From NCBI GenBank assembly GCA_900554225.1, contig USGH01000002.1:1-38741 (forward strand): DNA of 38,741 nucleotides, given 5' to 3'. Source of the stretch: an uncultured Eubacteriales bacterium (GTDB lineage Bacteria; Bacillota; Clostridia; Oscillospirales; CAG-272). How positions within the stretch are numbered: the first letter of the stretch is position 1; every line of letters starts with the position of its first letter. Under the pieces are notes generated by a model. It ran no database searches. It saw only the letters and a program-made list of their open reading frames with translations, and was not told the origin of the DNA. Both the position numbers and the translations under genes were made by a program. Positions 9,201 to 16,436 of this stretch are shown here, piece after piece.

Positions 9201-9714
9201 AAACGGAAACACTGATGTAAATGCTACCGAAATGTACTATAGCATTGCGCCCACTCCGAATGGAACAATTTTCGTTGTGACTCTGACAAATAATACAGGC
9301 GGTGTTCTTGCGGTAAGCGGACTGAAGATGTCGAAGGATATTAATATTGTAGAGGGAACACAAGCTACGAACGCAATTGTTGAGGTTCTATCCAGAATGT
9401 ACTCTAACAATACGTACAATCCTGAAACATTTAATGTAAGTGCCCCTGAAACTGCAAGAAAGAATCGTAATTTCACCATTAACGCTACGGTGACAGCTGC
9501 CGATGTGGCAAAGCTGACGATCAAAGTGGATGATGGCGAAGAAGAGGTTTTGAATCCGTACAACACTATGGTTGTTGAAAACGGTTACACGGATGACTAT
9601 GCGTATAGCAAGACGTATAGATTCAAGAAAGCTGGCACGTATACGTTTGTCGTAACGGCATACGATGCGGCTGGTAACAGTGTATCGCTCACAAGGACCG
9701 TAGTGGTAAAATAA
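6274..9714 (+). CDS. C-terminal continuation of the GH20 surface glycosidase (Ig-like / carbohydrate-binding-like repeats). It is in the same frame as 4126-6255, separated only by TAA 6253-6255.
   Basis: Both 4126 and 6274 are congruent to 1 mod 3. The six codons between them (KVTTAP) are open. There is no SD before GTG 6274 or ATG 6280 and no signal peptide, although the sequence is typical of extracellular beta-rich protein. The C-terminus KAGTYTFVVTAYDAAGNSVSLTRTVVV is Ig-like. Confidence 0.75.
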   Translation: MEMIVGTVRYLITVTAEDLSSVTPLPIQLWITNNTIEGSGTNAKTTTGKDWGGDGSLGGARYISVPATTANATSSVYSEAGMLVVDAFAAAGMTEPLKRYEWGGTRFITAKDDKAAQDLVFWTGRIHNSTDSNIQNVWGGDFSTSGEAFTYVRYYGKTWSVSADGVNWTDVKGNGSTGTYSSCKQQLAAYYMTRTKITDEVTTDVADWGEPKDSTKYTSQVNTDFVLLDFAVKYEDGTRSPNTFPVSNKTLAYHCESNNAACGTDSSGNRYRMLNNFRAVNTSDFEVYMVTVTMTNDVATGYDKDGNSVMLTAAQATASQAKDGYEYKGVEQIVWAIDEEARANSKLNDYSAISGSTTYSGCKIGGEPYVRGVEIYNKHGALITYYIRAKESDSNLIVHYLDRSAGDKEFYSYNIVVSGNTLFDESFAQVKENSKELTGNKVTNKYNVEQTVSADLSTMPAISAQYRYVDYTCVEVKRSDDGKEVFLYYTFDADVSFVVDFGLPLTIPYAALNENLSNPSVEITKIKAGTAKYGILSVNGTESITYTPNQTIDTNDSFNVTCTGTIPVKDETTGQTTYQQGEVTYTVYIIPATNVYYEETFTSTTANGNWSLFETANDVEQTCDENVSGTPGGDIYGFDTNIHDSHYNKDASGNNTTLKALTYSNGQAYKATLSLPEGKKNVMTSTTVDFTFKGTGFDLISECGNDTGILLVTIDSRSKTNGAANVSKGYLVDTYFCGDTNGTMSIGDYLWQVPVVRDLKLPYDTYDVKVYGIVTKSSGVVVGPVAETAALAMDISDGSTSDLIADILADCGISNLSVDDVEVIYMDENSVLNGGTGTASSDIIRDKVSIQSVAEINAVTYPVVANCYVDGFRVYGALGNTETVSVDAYTNDKENKVKYMSIWDAAAKSLMTGTYYVEYKGAVGTDTVAIADYKKNGPENEIYLAQGQSIAFAIDKWGNNYKLDVSAKVVKGSPKLNGNTDVNATEMYYSIAPTPNGTIFVVTLTNNTGGVLAVSGLKMSKDINIVEGTQATNAIVEVLSRMYSNNTYNPETFNVSAPETARKNRNFTINATVTAADVAKLTIKVDDGEEEVLNPYNTMVVENGYTDDYAYSKTYRFKKAGTYTFVVTAYDAAGNSVSLTRTVVVK

Positions 9715-9733
9715 GGGAAGGGAGAGAGTATTT

Positions 9734-9919
9734 ATGGAAGAAAAACTTCAATATGAAGCACCGTCCCTTGAAGTTGTGGAATTAACTACAAATGCAACAG
9801 TAACTTCTTGTCAAACAGATGTTTCTGTTCCTGGTCTTTTCACCACCGATGATAAATGCACGAGAGATATTATTGGCTATTGCTATACAACAGCTGCTGA
9901 ACTCTCATTCGGGTCATAA
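9734..9919 (+). CDS. Candidate RiPP precursor peptide (61 aa, 3 Cys, C-terminal Ser)
   Basis: MEEKLQYEAPSLEVVELTTNATVTSCQTDVSVPGLFTTDDKCTRDIIGYCYTTAAELSFGS. SD GGGAGAG lies upstream. It sits directly upstream of the HprK-like, rSAM/SPASM and PqqD genes on the same strand. Confidence 0.6.
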   Translation: MEEKLQYEAPSLEVVELTTNATVTSCQTDVSVPGLFTTDDKCTRDIIGYCYTTAAELSFGS

Positions 9920-9994
9920 AAATCAAATTCCCCCCGGAGAATTTGCGCCTGCGCGACCCATCGTGTGGGCGCATTTCCCGTATAGGACTGCCTC

Positions 9995-10834
9995 ATGACG
10001 TACAACTACCGCATCGCCGGGGTGCCCGTGTGCTTTTTGCCCGACTGCCCCCTCGTCGAAAACCGCGATACCCTCCTCTTCACCGCCGCGCCGTCGCCGG
10101 ATGCTGTGACCTTTCCCCTCTCCTCCGCCGACTCCCTCGAAATCCCGACCGGTCAGACCTTCTCCTTTGCGGACGGCGAGGTCATCCTCTCCGGCGACAC
10201 CTACACCCGCGTCCTCCGCCACCGCGCCAGCAACATCCCCCTCGTCACCGTCCAACGCAAAATCGGCTCCCCCGGCGGCACCATCCGTTCCCTCATCGCC
10301 GAAATGCCCTACACCGTCCGCACGCAGGTTCTCTGGTCCGCCGTCGATCTCCCCTACACCCTCCTCCAGTACGACACCCTGACCATCCACGCCGCCGTCA
10401 TCCGCTTCGGCAGCGCGGCGATCCTCTTCACCGCACCATCCGGCACCGGGAAATCCACCCAGGCGGCTCTGTGGGAAAAATACAGGGACGCTGTGGTTGT
10501 CAACGGCGACAAGGGCGCGATCTCCGTCCATGGCGGCGAGATCCACGCCCACGGTCTCCCCTTCTGCGGCACCAGCGGCATCTGCTCCGCCTACGATCTC
10601 CCCGTCCGCGCCATCGTCAGCCTGACGCAAGCCCCGGAAAATACCGCTGTCCGACTCCACGGTGCCGCCGCGCTGCAAGCCGTCGTGCAAAACAGCTTCG
10701 GTACAAAATCGCTGTGCTTCCCGAAAATCATCGACCTTGCCTCCGCGATCCTCGAAAAGGTTCCGGTCTACCGCCTGTCCTGCACCCCCGACGAACGCGC
10801 CGTGGATGTCCTCTGGCAGGCGATATTCCGATGA
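9995..10834 (+). CDS. HPr-kinase-C-terminal-like P-loop protein (putative peptide kinase / RiPP accessory protein)
   Basis: Walker A motif in AAILFTAPSGTGKSTQAALW, followed by VVNGDKGAISVHGGEIHAHGLPFCGTSG. This is the layout seen in HprK-related kinases from RiPP clusters. The N-terminal ~130 aa are unassigned. Confidence 0.65.
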   Translation: MTYNYRIAGVPVCFLPDCPLVENRDTLLFTAAPSPDAVTFPLSSADSLEIPTGQTFSFADGEVILSGDTYTRVLRHRASNIPLVTVQRKIGSPGGTIRSLIAEMPYTVRTQVLWSAVDLPYTLLQYDTLTIHAAVIRFGSAAILFTAPSGTGKSTQAALWEKYRDAVVVNGDKGAISVHGGEIHAHGLPFCGTSGICSAYDLPVRAIVSLTQAPENTAVRLHGAAALQAVVQNSFGTKSLCFPKIIDLASAILEKVPVYRLSCTPDERAVDVLWQAIFR

Positions 10835-10857
10835 ATTGTCGCAGAAAGTAGTGCAAT

Positions 10858-12051
10858 ATGCCCAATTATCAACAGTTTATTGACTATCTCTTCGCCAAAA
10901 GCACAAACGCCGGGATCCCGTTGTCCGGCACCTTTGAGCTGACCTCCCGCTGCAATCTCGATTGCCGGATGTGCTATATCCACAAGCGCGCCAACGACGA
11001 AACCGCTATCCGGGAGGAGCTGTCCGCCGCCGATTGGCTCTGCCTTGCCACGGATGCCCAGAAAGCCGGGATGCTGCTGCTCCTGCTGACCGGCGGGGAA
11101 CCCCTCCTGCGCCCCGATTTTCCGGAAATCTATACCGCCTGCCGCCGCCTGGGACTCCTCGTCTCCATCAACACAAACGGCACCCGGATCGACGAGGAGG
11201 TGATCGCGCTCTGGAAGAAATTCCCACCGCTGCGGGTCAATCTCACCCTGTACGGCGCAACGCCCGCTGCCTATCGCAGCCTATGCGGACACGCCGATGC
11301 GTATACCCGCGCCTATCGTGCCGTCGATTTGCTGTGCGAAGCCGGGATTCGCTGCAAGCTCAACTATTCCGTAACGCCGGAGAATATCGCCGAGCTGCCG
11401 CAGATTTTCGCGTTTGCAAAGGAACGGGATATCCCCTTGCAGGTCGCGTCGTATATGTTCCCGCCGCTGCGTGCCAGGGAAGCCGCCGATCGGCGCGACA
11501 AGTCCAGCAACGTATGCGGCAATCCCGAACGCTGCAAGGACACGACAAAGCAGGACTGTACGCGCATGGATCCGGAGACGGCGGGCAATGTCCGTTTTGC
11601 CTACGACCAATTCCGCTTCGAGGCGGACACACTCGCGAAACGAATCCGCGGTATGCTTGACGGAGAGCCTGTACCCGATCCCGATGACGAATGCCAGGAG
11701 CTTCCGACCGAGCGCATTCGCTGCCGTGCCGGCTCTACCACCTTCTGGATCACGTACAATGGGGAAATGCGTCCGTGCGGTATGATGACGACCCCCGGAT
11801 TTCCCGTATCCGACGGTTTTGCAGCCGCCTGGCAGAAGATCCGCACCGCGCGTACTGAAATCCTGCTTCCGGCGAAATGCTCCGCGTGTCCGAAAAAGGA
11901 GATCTGCGAATTTTGCCCCGCTGCCTGCTATGCCGAAAACGGGGATTTCACCGTCACGCCGACCTATCTCTGCCGCAAGCTCGACGCATATCTGACCGCA
12001 GGCAAGCAGTGGCTGGCGACGTATGAACAAAACAGCGTGGCTGCCCCCTGA
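10858..12051 (+). CDS. Radical SAM / SPASM-domain peptide maturase
   Basis: CNLDCRMC (CxxxCxxC) at residues 32-39, and GGEPLLRPDF (SAM-binding GGE). The C-terminal Cys-rich SPASM-like region is CRAGSTTFWITYNGEMRPCGMM ... CSACPKKEICEFCPAACYAENG. No N-terminal RRE is present, which fits a separate PqqD protein. Confidence 0.9.
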   Translation: MPNYQQFIDYLFAKSTNAGIPLSGTFELTSRCNLDCRMCYIHKRANDETAIREELSAADWLCLATDAQKAGMLLLLLTGGEPLLRPDFPEIYTACRRLGLLVSINTNGTRIDEEVIALWKKFPPLRVNLTLYGATPAAYRSLCGHADAYTRAYRAVDLLCEAGIRCKLNYSVTPENIAELPQIFAFAKERDIPLQVASYMFPPLRAREAADRRDKSSNVCGNPERCKDTTKQDCTRMDPETAGNVRFAYDQFRFEADTLAKRIRGMLDGEPVPDPDDECQELPTERIRCRAGSTTFWITYNGEMRPCGMMTTPGFPVSDGFAAAWQKIRTARTEILLPAKCSACPKKEICEFCPAACYAENGDFTVTPTYLCRKLDAYLTAGKQWLATYEQNSVAAP

Positions 12052-12177
12052 TTTCCGCGCTGGTATTCTACACCTGCGTCGGAACACCGCAGCCTGTATG
12101 CCAACCCACACAAACCAACGAAAATCACGCGCGGAATCCTCAGATCCTGCCGCGTTTCCGGAGAAAAGGAGCGAACC

Positions 12178-12447
12178 ATGAAGCTCACCGAAAATTTCAT
12201 CCTGCGCAACATTGCCGGGGAGGATATGCTCATCCCACTCGGTGAAACCTCCGCAGCCCTGTCCGGTATCGTCACATTAAACGGTACCGCTGCGGTGATT
12301 TGGAAAGCACTCACGGAGAATTGTACCAAAGCGCACGCCATCGAGGCGGTACTCCAGACCTACGAGATCGATGGGGATACCGCAAGGAACGATGTAGATG
12401 CGTTCTGGGACAGACTTGCCGCGCTTGGACTCCTTGTGGGTGAATAA
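12178..12447 (+). CDS. PqqD-family peptide chaperone (stand-alone RiPP recognition element)
   Basis: 89 aa. FILRNIAGEDMLIPLGETSAALSGIVTLNGTAAVIWKAL ... DVDAFWDRLAALGLL is the typical PqqD pattern. SD AAAAGGAG. Confidence 0.85.
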   Translation: MKLTENFILRNIAGEDMLIPLGETSAALSGIVTLNGTAAVIWKALTENCTKAHAIEAVLQTYEIDGDTARNDVDAFWDRLAALGLLVGE

Positions 12448-12484
12448 GGATATACACCTATGTCCCTATTCCCCACGTCATGAC

Positions 12485-12530
12485 AAAACCTCCTGTTGTA
12501 GCTTTGTGCTGCCTGCAACAGGAGGTTTTT
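12485..12530. terminator. Bidirectional rho-independent terminator between convergent genes
   Basis: AAAACCTCCTGTTG-(17 nt)-CAACAGGAGGTTTTT. The 10-bp GC-containing stem is flanked by an A-run and a T-run. Confidence 0.8.
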
Positions 12531-12568
12531 GTTATGGTTTTTAGAGGATAGTCATTCGTGCGCGTGGA

Positions 12569-13612
12569 TCATTTCCGGTACAGCCGTCGGTTTTCTTCGA
12601 GGATCCGGTCGCGCTCCATGTTCCAGATCCGCGCCATCGCTTCTTCGTACCGTTTGTATGCCAATTCCGCATTCTGCGCACCGTAATCGTTGGAGATGCC
12701 CGCATAATAGCTCCATCCGAGGATCGTGCGCGCGCCTGCATCGTATGCCGCTTCCGCCGCCACGACGATCTCCTCTTCCTTGCCGCGCGGGGTAGCATAC
12801 GCCTGGATCCATATGTTGTGATCCTTCCCGTACTTCGCGGAAATTTCCAGATTCCGCTTTGTGCCGTTATACACAAACTCGTAGGGATGCACGCTGTCGC
12901 GGTAGCCCCAATACGGGTCGGAGCCGATGTTGTCCAGATGCGGCAGAGAGCCAAGTGCGCCGCTGGATTCCAGATTGATGCCGATGTTGTCGCCAAGCAT
13001 CACACAGACCGCGTTTTTCAGCCCGTGCTCCGCCGCGTAATCGGTCACCAAACGGAGATATTCCGTGATCGTGTGGAGCTGGAAGTCCTCAAGCTGGCAT
13101 TCCTCCGCCTCCGCCATCGGTTTTCCGTACCGTTCGGCGAACAGCTTCTGGCAGCGCGGGCAGGCACAGGAGAAGATCCGCTTGCCGTCCGCTGTCCATT
13201 TTACGGGCAGACGCGGCTCGTCCCAGAAGATCGTCTCAGCACCCATGTCCGCCACCGCCTCGATCCAGCGCCTCATGAAGTCGTGGAAATCGGGCGAGTT
13301 GAGACAGACCGTCACCGGATCCATCGTGCCGTCCATCATGATCACATGGCTGTCCGGATGATAGGAGAGAAAGTGCGATTTGTCGCCGGGAGGACCGCCC
13401 AGTCCCCAGTTGTCCACCCAGACCTCCAACCCCACGTCCTTGGAGATGGCGAACATCCGCCGCATGACCTCGTGGTGCCGCTCCCAGTCTGTGTGGGAAA
13501 ACATATGCACGACAACGTTCATGTTGTGCGCCGCAATGTTCCGTAAATCCGCCTCCGCGTGGTGCAGCATCCGGTTTCCGTGATACGCTACGCCTGTTTT
13601 GAGTGGTCTCAT
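12569..13612 (-). CDS. Hypothetical TIM-barrel / glycoside-hydrolase-like protein (function unassigned)
   Basis: I place the start at ATG 13612 (MRPLKTGVAYHGNR..., SD AAAGGAG) instead of the track start at 13807. Alternating beta/alpha-like blocks are VVVHMF, EVWVDNWG, IFWDEP and IWIQAY. It is co-oriented with the Gfo/Idh/MocA gene. Confidence 0.8.
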   Translation of the reverse strand: MRPLKTGVAYHGNRMLHHAEADLRNIAAHNMNVVVHMFSHTDWERHHEVMRRMFAISKDVGLEVWVDNWGLGGPPGDKSHFLSYHPDSHVIMMDGTMDPVTVCLNSPDFHDFMRRWIEAVADMGAETIFWDEPRLPVKWTADGKRIFSCACPRCQKLFAERYGKPMAEAEECQLEDFQLHTITEYLRLVTDYAAEHGLKNAVCVMLGDNIGINLESSGALGSLPHLDNIGSDPYWGYRDSVHPYEFVYNGTKRNLEISAKYGKDHNIWIQAYATPRGKEEEIVVAAEAAYDAGARTILGWSYYAGISNDYGAQNAELAYKRYEEAMARIWNMERDRILEENRRLYRK

Positions 13613-13843
13613 GCAGTACTCCTTTCCGTACATAAAAATGTCGTCGCGTGAATCATTATCCAGTATTCCTGTATACAGAAACACCGGACAGATGCAGCTC
13701 TGTATCCATCCGGCTGTATCCATCCGGTATTTGTGTATGGAAAAATGCGTGAAAAACGGGAGAGCAGGGAAGAATGGACGGTGCAGTCGATAGGGAGGCT
13801 CCCTCACACGTGCATAAGCAACCGTTCTCCCGCTCTGTTCCGC

Positions 13844-15007
13844 TTACTTGGAGCCGTAGGTACCCTCCGTGGAGAATACAACGCCGGTGTCCTCTTTGGC
13901 TTTGGAGGTCGCGATTCTTTCCTGAAGGGCTGCCCAGAATTCTTCGCCATCGTTCTTGACCTCGACCCACTGGTTCTTCCAGGAGGAGAGCATCATCGCG
14001 TTGGAGATCGACAGACCGTTCACGCCTTCCATGCCCGGTGCCAGAAGCGGTTCGCCGTGGAGCAGGTGATTCGTGAAGTTCTTCAGAATGCCGACATGCT
14101 GCTCCCCGTGACCCTCAACCGTCAACTCGACAGTCTCGCACGGAATGGTATCAAAGCCCTTCTCGCTGTTTGCCGTCACTTCACGTTCATCTGCGGAGAG
14201 CTTCGTGTACATCAGATGGCCGTCCTCGTACACCAGCTTGCCCTTGGAGCCCGTGATCTCCAGACGGTTCGTGCCCGGATATTCGCCCGTCGTCGTGATG
14301 AATACGCCCGTCGCACCGTTTGCGTACTCCGCCATTGCGGTCACGTCATCTTCGACCTCGATGTCGTGGTACTTACCGATCGCGCAGTTTGCGAAGATCC
14401 GCTGCGGCATACCAAAGATCCACTGCCACAGATCGAGATTGTGCGGGCACTGGTTTAAGAGCACGCCGCCGCCTTCGCCTGCCCAGGTTGCACGCCATCC
14501 GCCGCTGTTGTAGTATGCTTGCGTCCGGTACCAGTTCGTGATGATCCAGATGCACCGCTTCAGTTCACCCAGCTCACCGTTCTGCACCATCTCGCGCATC
14601 TTCTGGTAGAATTTGTCCGTTCTCTGGTTGTACATGATCCCGAATGCCAGACCGCTCTTTTCCGCCTTGTCCATGAATTCGTAGACCTTCTTTGTGTATA
14701 CGCCGATCGGCTTCTCGCTCAGCACGTGGATCCCGGCGTCAAAGGCGTCCATACCGATGATGGGGTGCCAGTAGTGCGGTGTTGCGATCATCACAGCGTC
14801 GATCTTGCCCGAGGCGAGCATTTCCTTATAATCGGTGTAATAGGCCACCGCGTCTCCGCAGACGGTCTTTGCCCAGTCAAGCCGTGTCTGCTTGAGATCG
14901 CAAACCGCCGTCAGAACCGCACCCGGCACTTTACCGCCGAATAGGTTGGTCACGTGCGACGAACCCATGTTGCCGAGTCCGACCACGCCAAAACGTACCT
15001 GTTCCAT
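13844..15007 (-). CDS. Gfo/Idh/MocA-family NAD(P)-dependent oxidoreductase
   Basis: The N-terminal Rossmann motif VRFGVVGLGNMGSSH, the block VMIATPHYWHPIIGMDAFDAGIHVLSEKP, and a C-terminal alpha/beta domain of typical length (387 aa). Confidence 0.9.
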   Translation of the reverse strand: MEQVRFGVVGLGNMGSSHVTNLFGGKVPGAVLTAVCDLKQTRLDWAKTVCGDAVAYYTDYKEMLASGKIDAVMIATPHYWHPIIGMDAFDAGIHVLSEKPIGVYTKKVYEFMDKAEKSGLAFGIMYNQRTDKFYQKMREMVQNGELGELKRCIWIITNWYRTQAYYNSGGWRATWAGEGGGVLLNQCPHNLDLWQWIFGMPQRIFANCAIGKYHDIEVEDDVTAMAEYANGATGVFITTTGEYPGTNRLEITGSKGKLVYEDGHLMYTKLSADEREVTANSEKGFDTIPCETVELTVEGHGEQHVGILKNFTNHLLHGEPLLAPGMEGVNGLSISNAMMLSSWKNQWVEVKNDGEEFWAALQERIATSKAKEDTGVVFSTEGTYGSK

Positions 15008-15074
15008 ATGTCCTCCATGGGAATGGTTTTGTGGATCGGAAACGACCCCTGCCGTATACCGATCGCTTATACAT

Positions 15075-15103
15075 ATTGTAGCATAATCTCACCGAAAAAG
15101 CAA
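15075..15103 (-). promoter_or_regulatory. Promoter for the Gfo/Idh/MocA - TIM-barrel operon
   Basis: On the minus strand: TTGCTT (15103-15098), 17-nt spacer, TACAAT (15080-15075). Confidence 0.5.
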
Positions 15104-15148
15104 CGGTATTCGTAAATTTTTCTCTCCCTTTGCCGCATTTCCCACGCG

Positions 15149-15583
15149 CTATTTTCCATGGATGTCCTGATACGCGTGAAGCGATGGCTTTCTGGCGCAA
15201 AACAACCGGAGATCGGAGCCTTCCTGTGCCGCGTCCCGTATGCCGCTGATATTGCCCGTGCTTTTGCCGGATAAGACAAAAATATATAATTTCTTATTGC
15301 CCACGCAGAGAACCGTATCGGAAATTTTGATATGCTTCCTGTGACCGATGCGCAAATTTTCCACGCTCCATCCGGGACAATGCGGCACCCCGTCTGCTTG
15401 AAACACTAAATCACCGTCAATCGGTATGGACGCGGTTTGTGTAAAAAAACGTATATCCCGCAGCCACGTTCCCGGAAATGGAAATACGTCGCAAAATAGT
15501 CCCGCTGCCGCTCTTGCAATTTGCGCGTGAATTTGGTATACTGTTTGTATATGAAAAAACAGGATGCGGAAGGAGCGTGCCAT
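15149..15583 (-). CDS. Possible YhcH/YjgK/YiaL (DUF386)-like cupin ORF. It may be a remnant.
   Basis: The blocks PIDGDLVF ... GHRKHIKIS ... GSDLRLFCARKPSLH loosely recall the E-IDGDNIF / HRKYIDIQ / F-IFFP-D-H blocks of DUF386. However, its only ATG shares the CATG with the AraC start, and its first ~23 codons overlie the AraC promoter. Confidence 0.3.
   Translation of the reverse strand: MARSFRILFFHIQTVYQIHAQIARAAAGLFCDVFPFPGTWLRDIRFFTQTASIPIDGDLVFQADGVPHCPGWSVENLRIGHRKHIKISDTVLCVGNKKLYIFVLSGKSTGNISGIRDAAQEGSDLRLFCARKPSLHAYQDIHGK
15514..15542 (+). promoter_or_regulatory. Promoter for the AraC-family gene
   Basis: TTGCAA (15514-15519), 17-nt spacer, TATACT (15537-15542). SD GGAAGGAG lies at 15568-15575 and the ATG at 15582. 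Confidence 0.55.
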
Positions 15584-16394
15584 GAGCGATTTTTCCTATT
15601 ACGAGATGAAGGCGGACAAGGACGGATACTTCCATATGTAATATTATCCGACCAGCCGCAGCAAATTTGCCGATACCATCCACTACCACCGGAGCCTGGA
15701 ATTTGTCTATGTTGCCGCCGGCTCCATGCCGGTACACGTCGATGGCAGCCACTGGACGATGCTCACCGGAGAAGCACTGTTCGTGGAGAGCTGGAAGGTG
15801 CATTATTACGATGCCGTGGAGGGGGCGGAAATCCACATTTTCTTAGCCGCGCCGGAGTATTTGCCCCATCGTGCGGACGATGAATATACCCTCCCCGCAG
15901 CCATGACGACCACCCCGGAGGAGGGCGCGGCCCTTGCCGGACTCTGCGGCGGATTCTTTCCCCGGTGGCGGAGTGCCAATCCGTACAGCGTCTACAGCTT
16001 CGTGAACGGCTTCTGGGGAACGCTCTACGAAAACCACCGCGTGAAGAAGGCGGAGGAAGCCTCCCCTGCGTTTCCGATCACGGAGATCCTCGATTATCTG
16101 GGCGGTCATTTCACGGAGGACATCCACCTCCAGCAGCTTGCGAAAATGTATAATTATACAGAAACGTACTTTTCCGCCTGCTTCAACCGGTACCTCAATA
16201 TGCCCCTGCGCGAATACGTCAACCGCCTGCGGATCCGATATGCCGATCGCCTTCTGGAGGAGGGATGGACGAAAACGGCGGCGGCAACGGCTTGCGGATA
16301 CACCAGTCCGAACACCTTTTACCGCGCGTTCCAGAAATACCACAAAAACACGGAGCTGGAGATACCGGGCGATCCGCGTTTTACAGAATCGTAA
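15582..16394 (+). pseudogene. AraC-family regulator (cupin sensor plus HTH_18) interrupted by an in-frame TAA at 15639-15641
   Basis: MSDFSYYEMKADKDGYFHM-TAA-YYPTSRSKFADTIHYHRSLEFVYVAAGSMPVHVDGSHW... is a single frame (15582 and 15726 are both 0 mod 3). The cupin beta-strands span the stop. The C-terminal HTH is LAKMYNYTETYFSACFNRYLNMPLREYVNRLRIRYADRLL...GYTSPNTFYRAFQKY. The track ORF at 15726 would begin inside the cupin. Confidence 0.8.
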
Positions 16395-16436
16395 TTTTTG
16401 ACAATGAATCTATCTCCATTTCCCTAATTTCTGTCA

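Noticed and set aside
9923-10851. ORFs at 9923-10690 (minus) and 9943-10851 (plus, 302 aa, extremely Arg/Pro-rich) overlapping the HprK-like gene
   Set aside because: These are off-frame or antisense artefacts of a very GC-rich coding region. Only the 9995-10834 frame yields a Walker A motif and balanced composition.
6253-15641. Possibility that the two in-frame TAA codons reflect a reassigned genetic code
   Set aside because: TAA is the normal terminator of most well-defined genes in the window, including the beta subunit, precursor, PqqD, AraC, SBP, guaA and the endonuclease. No other gene shows internal TAA codons. Nonsense mutations or base-call errors are the simpler explanation.
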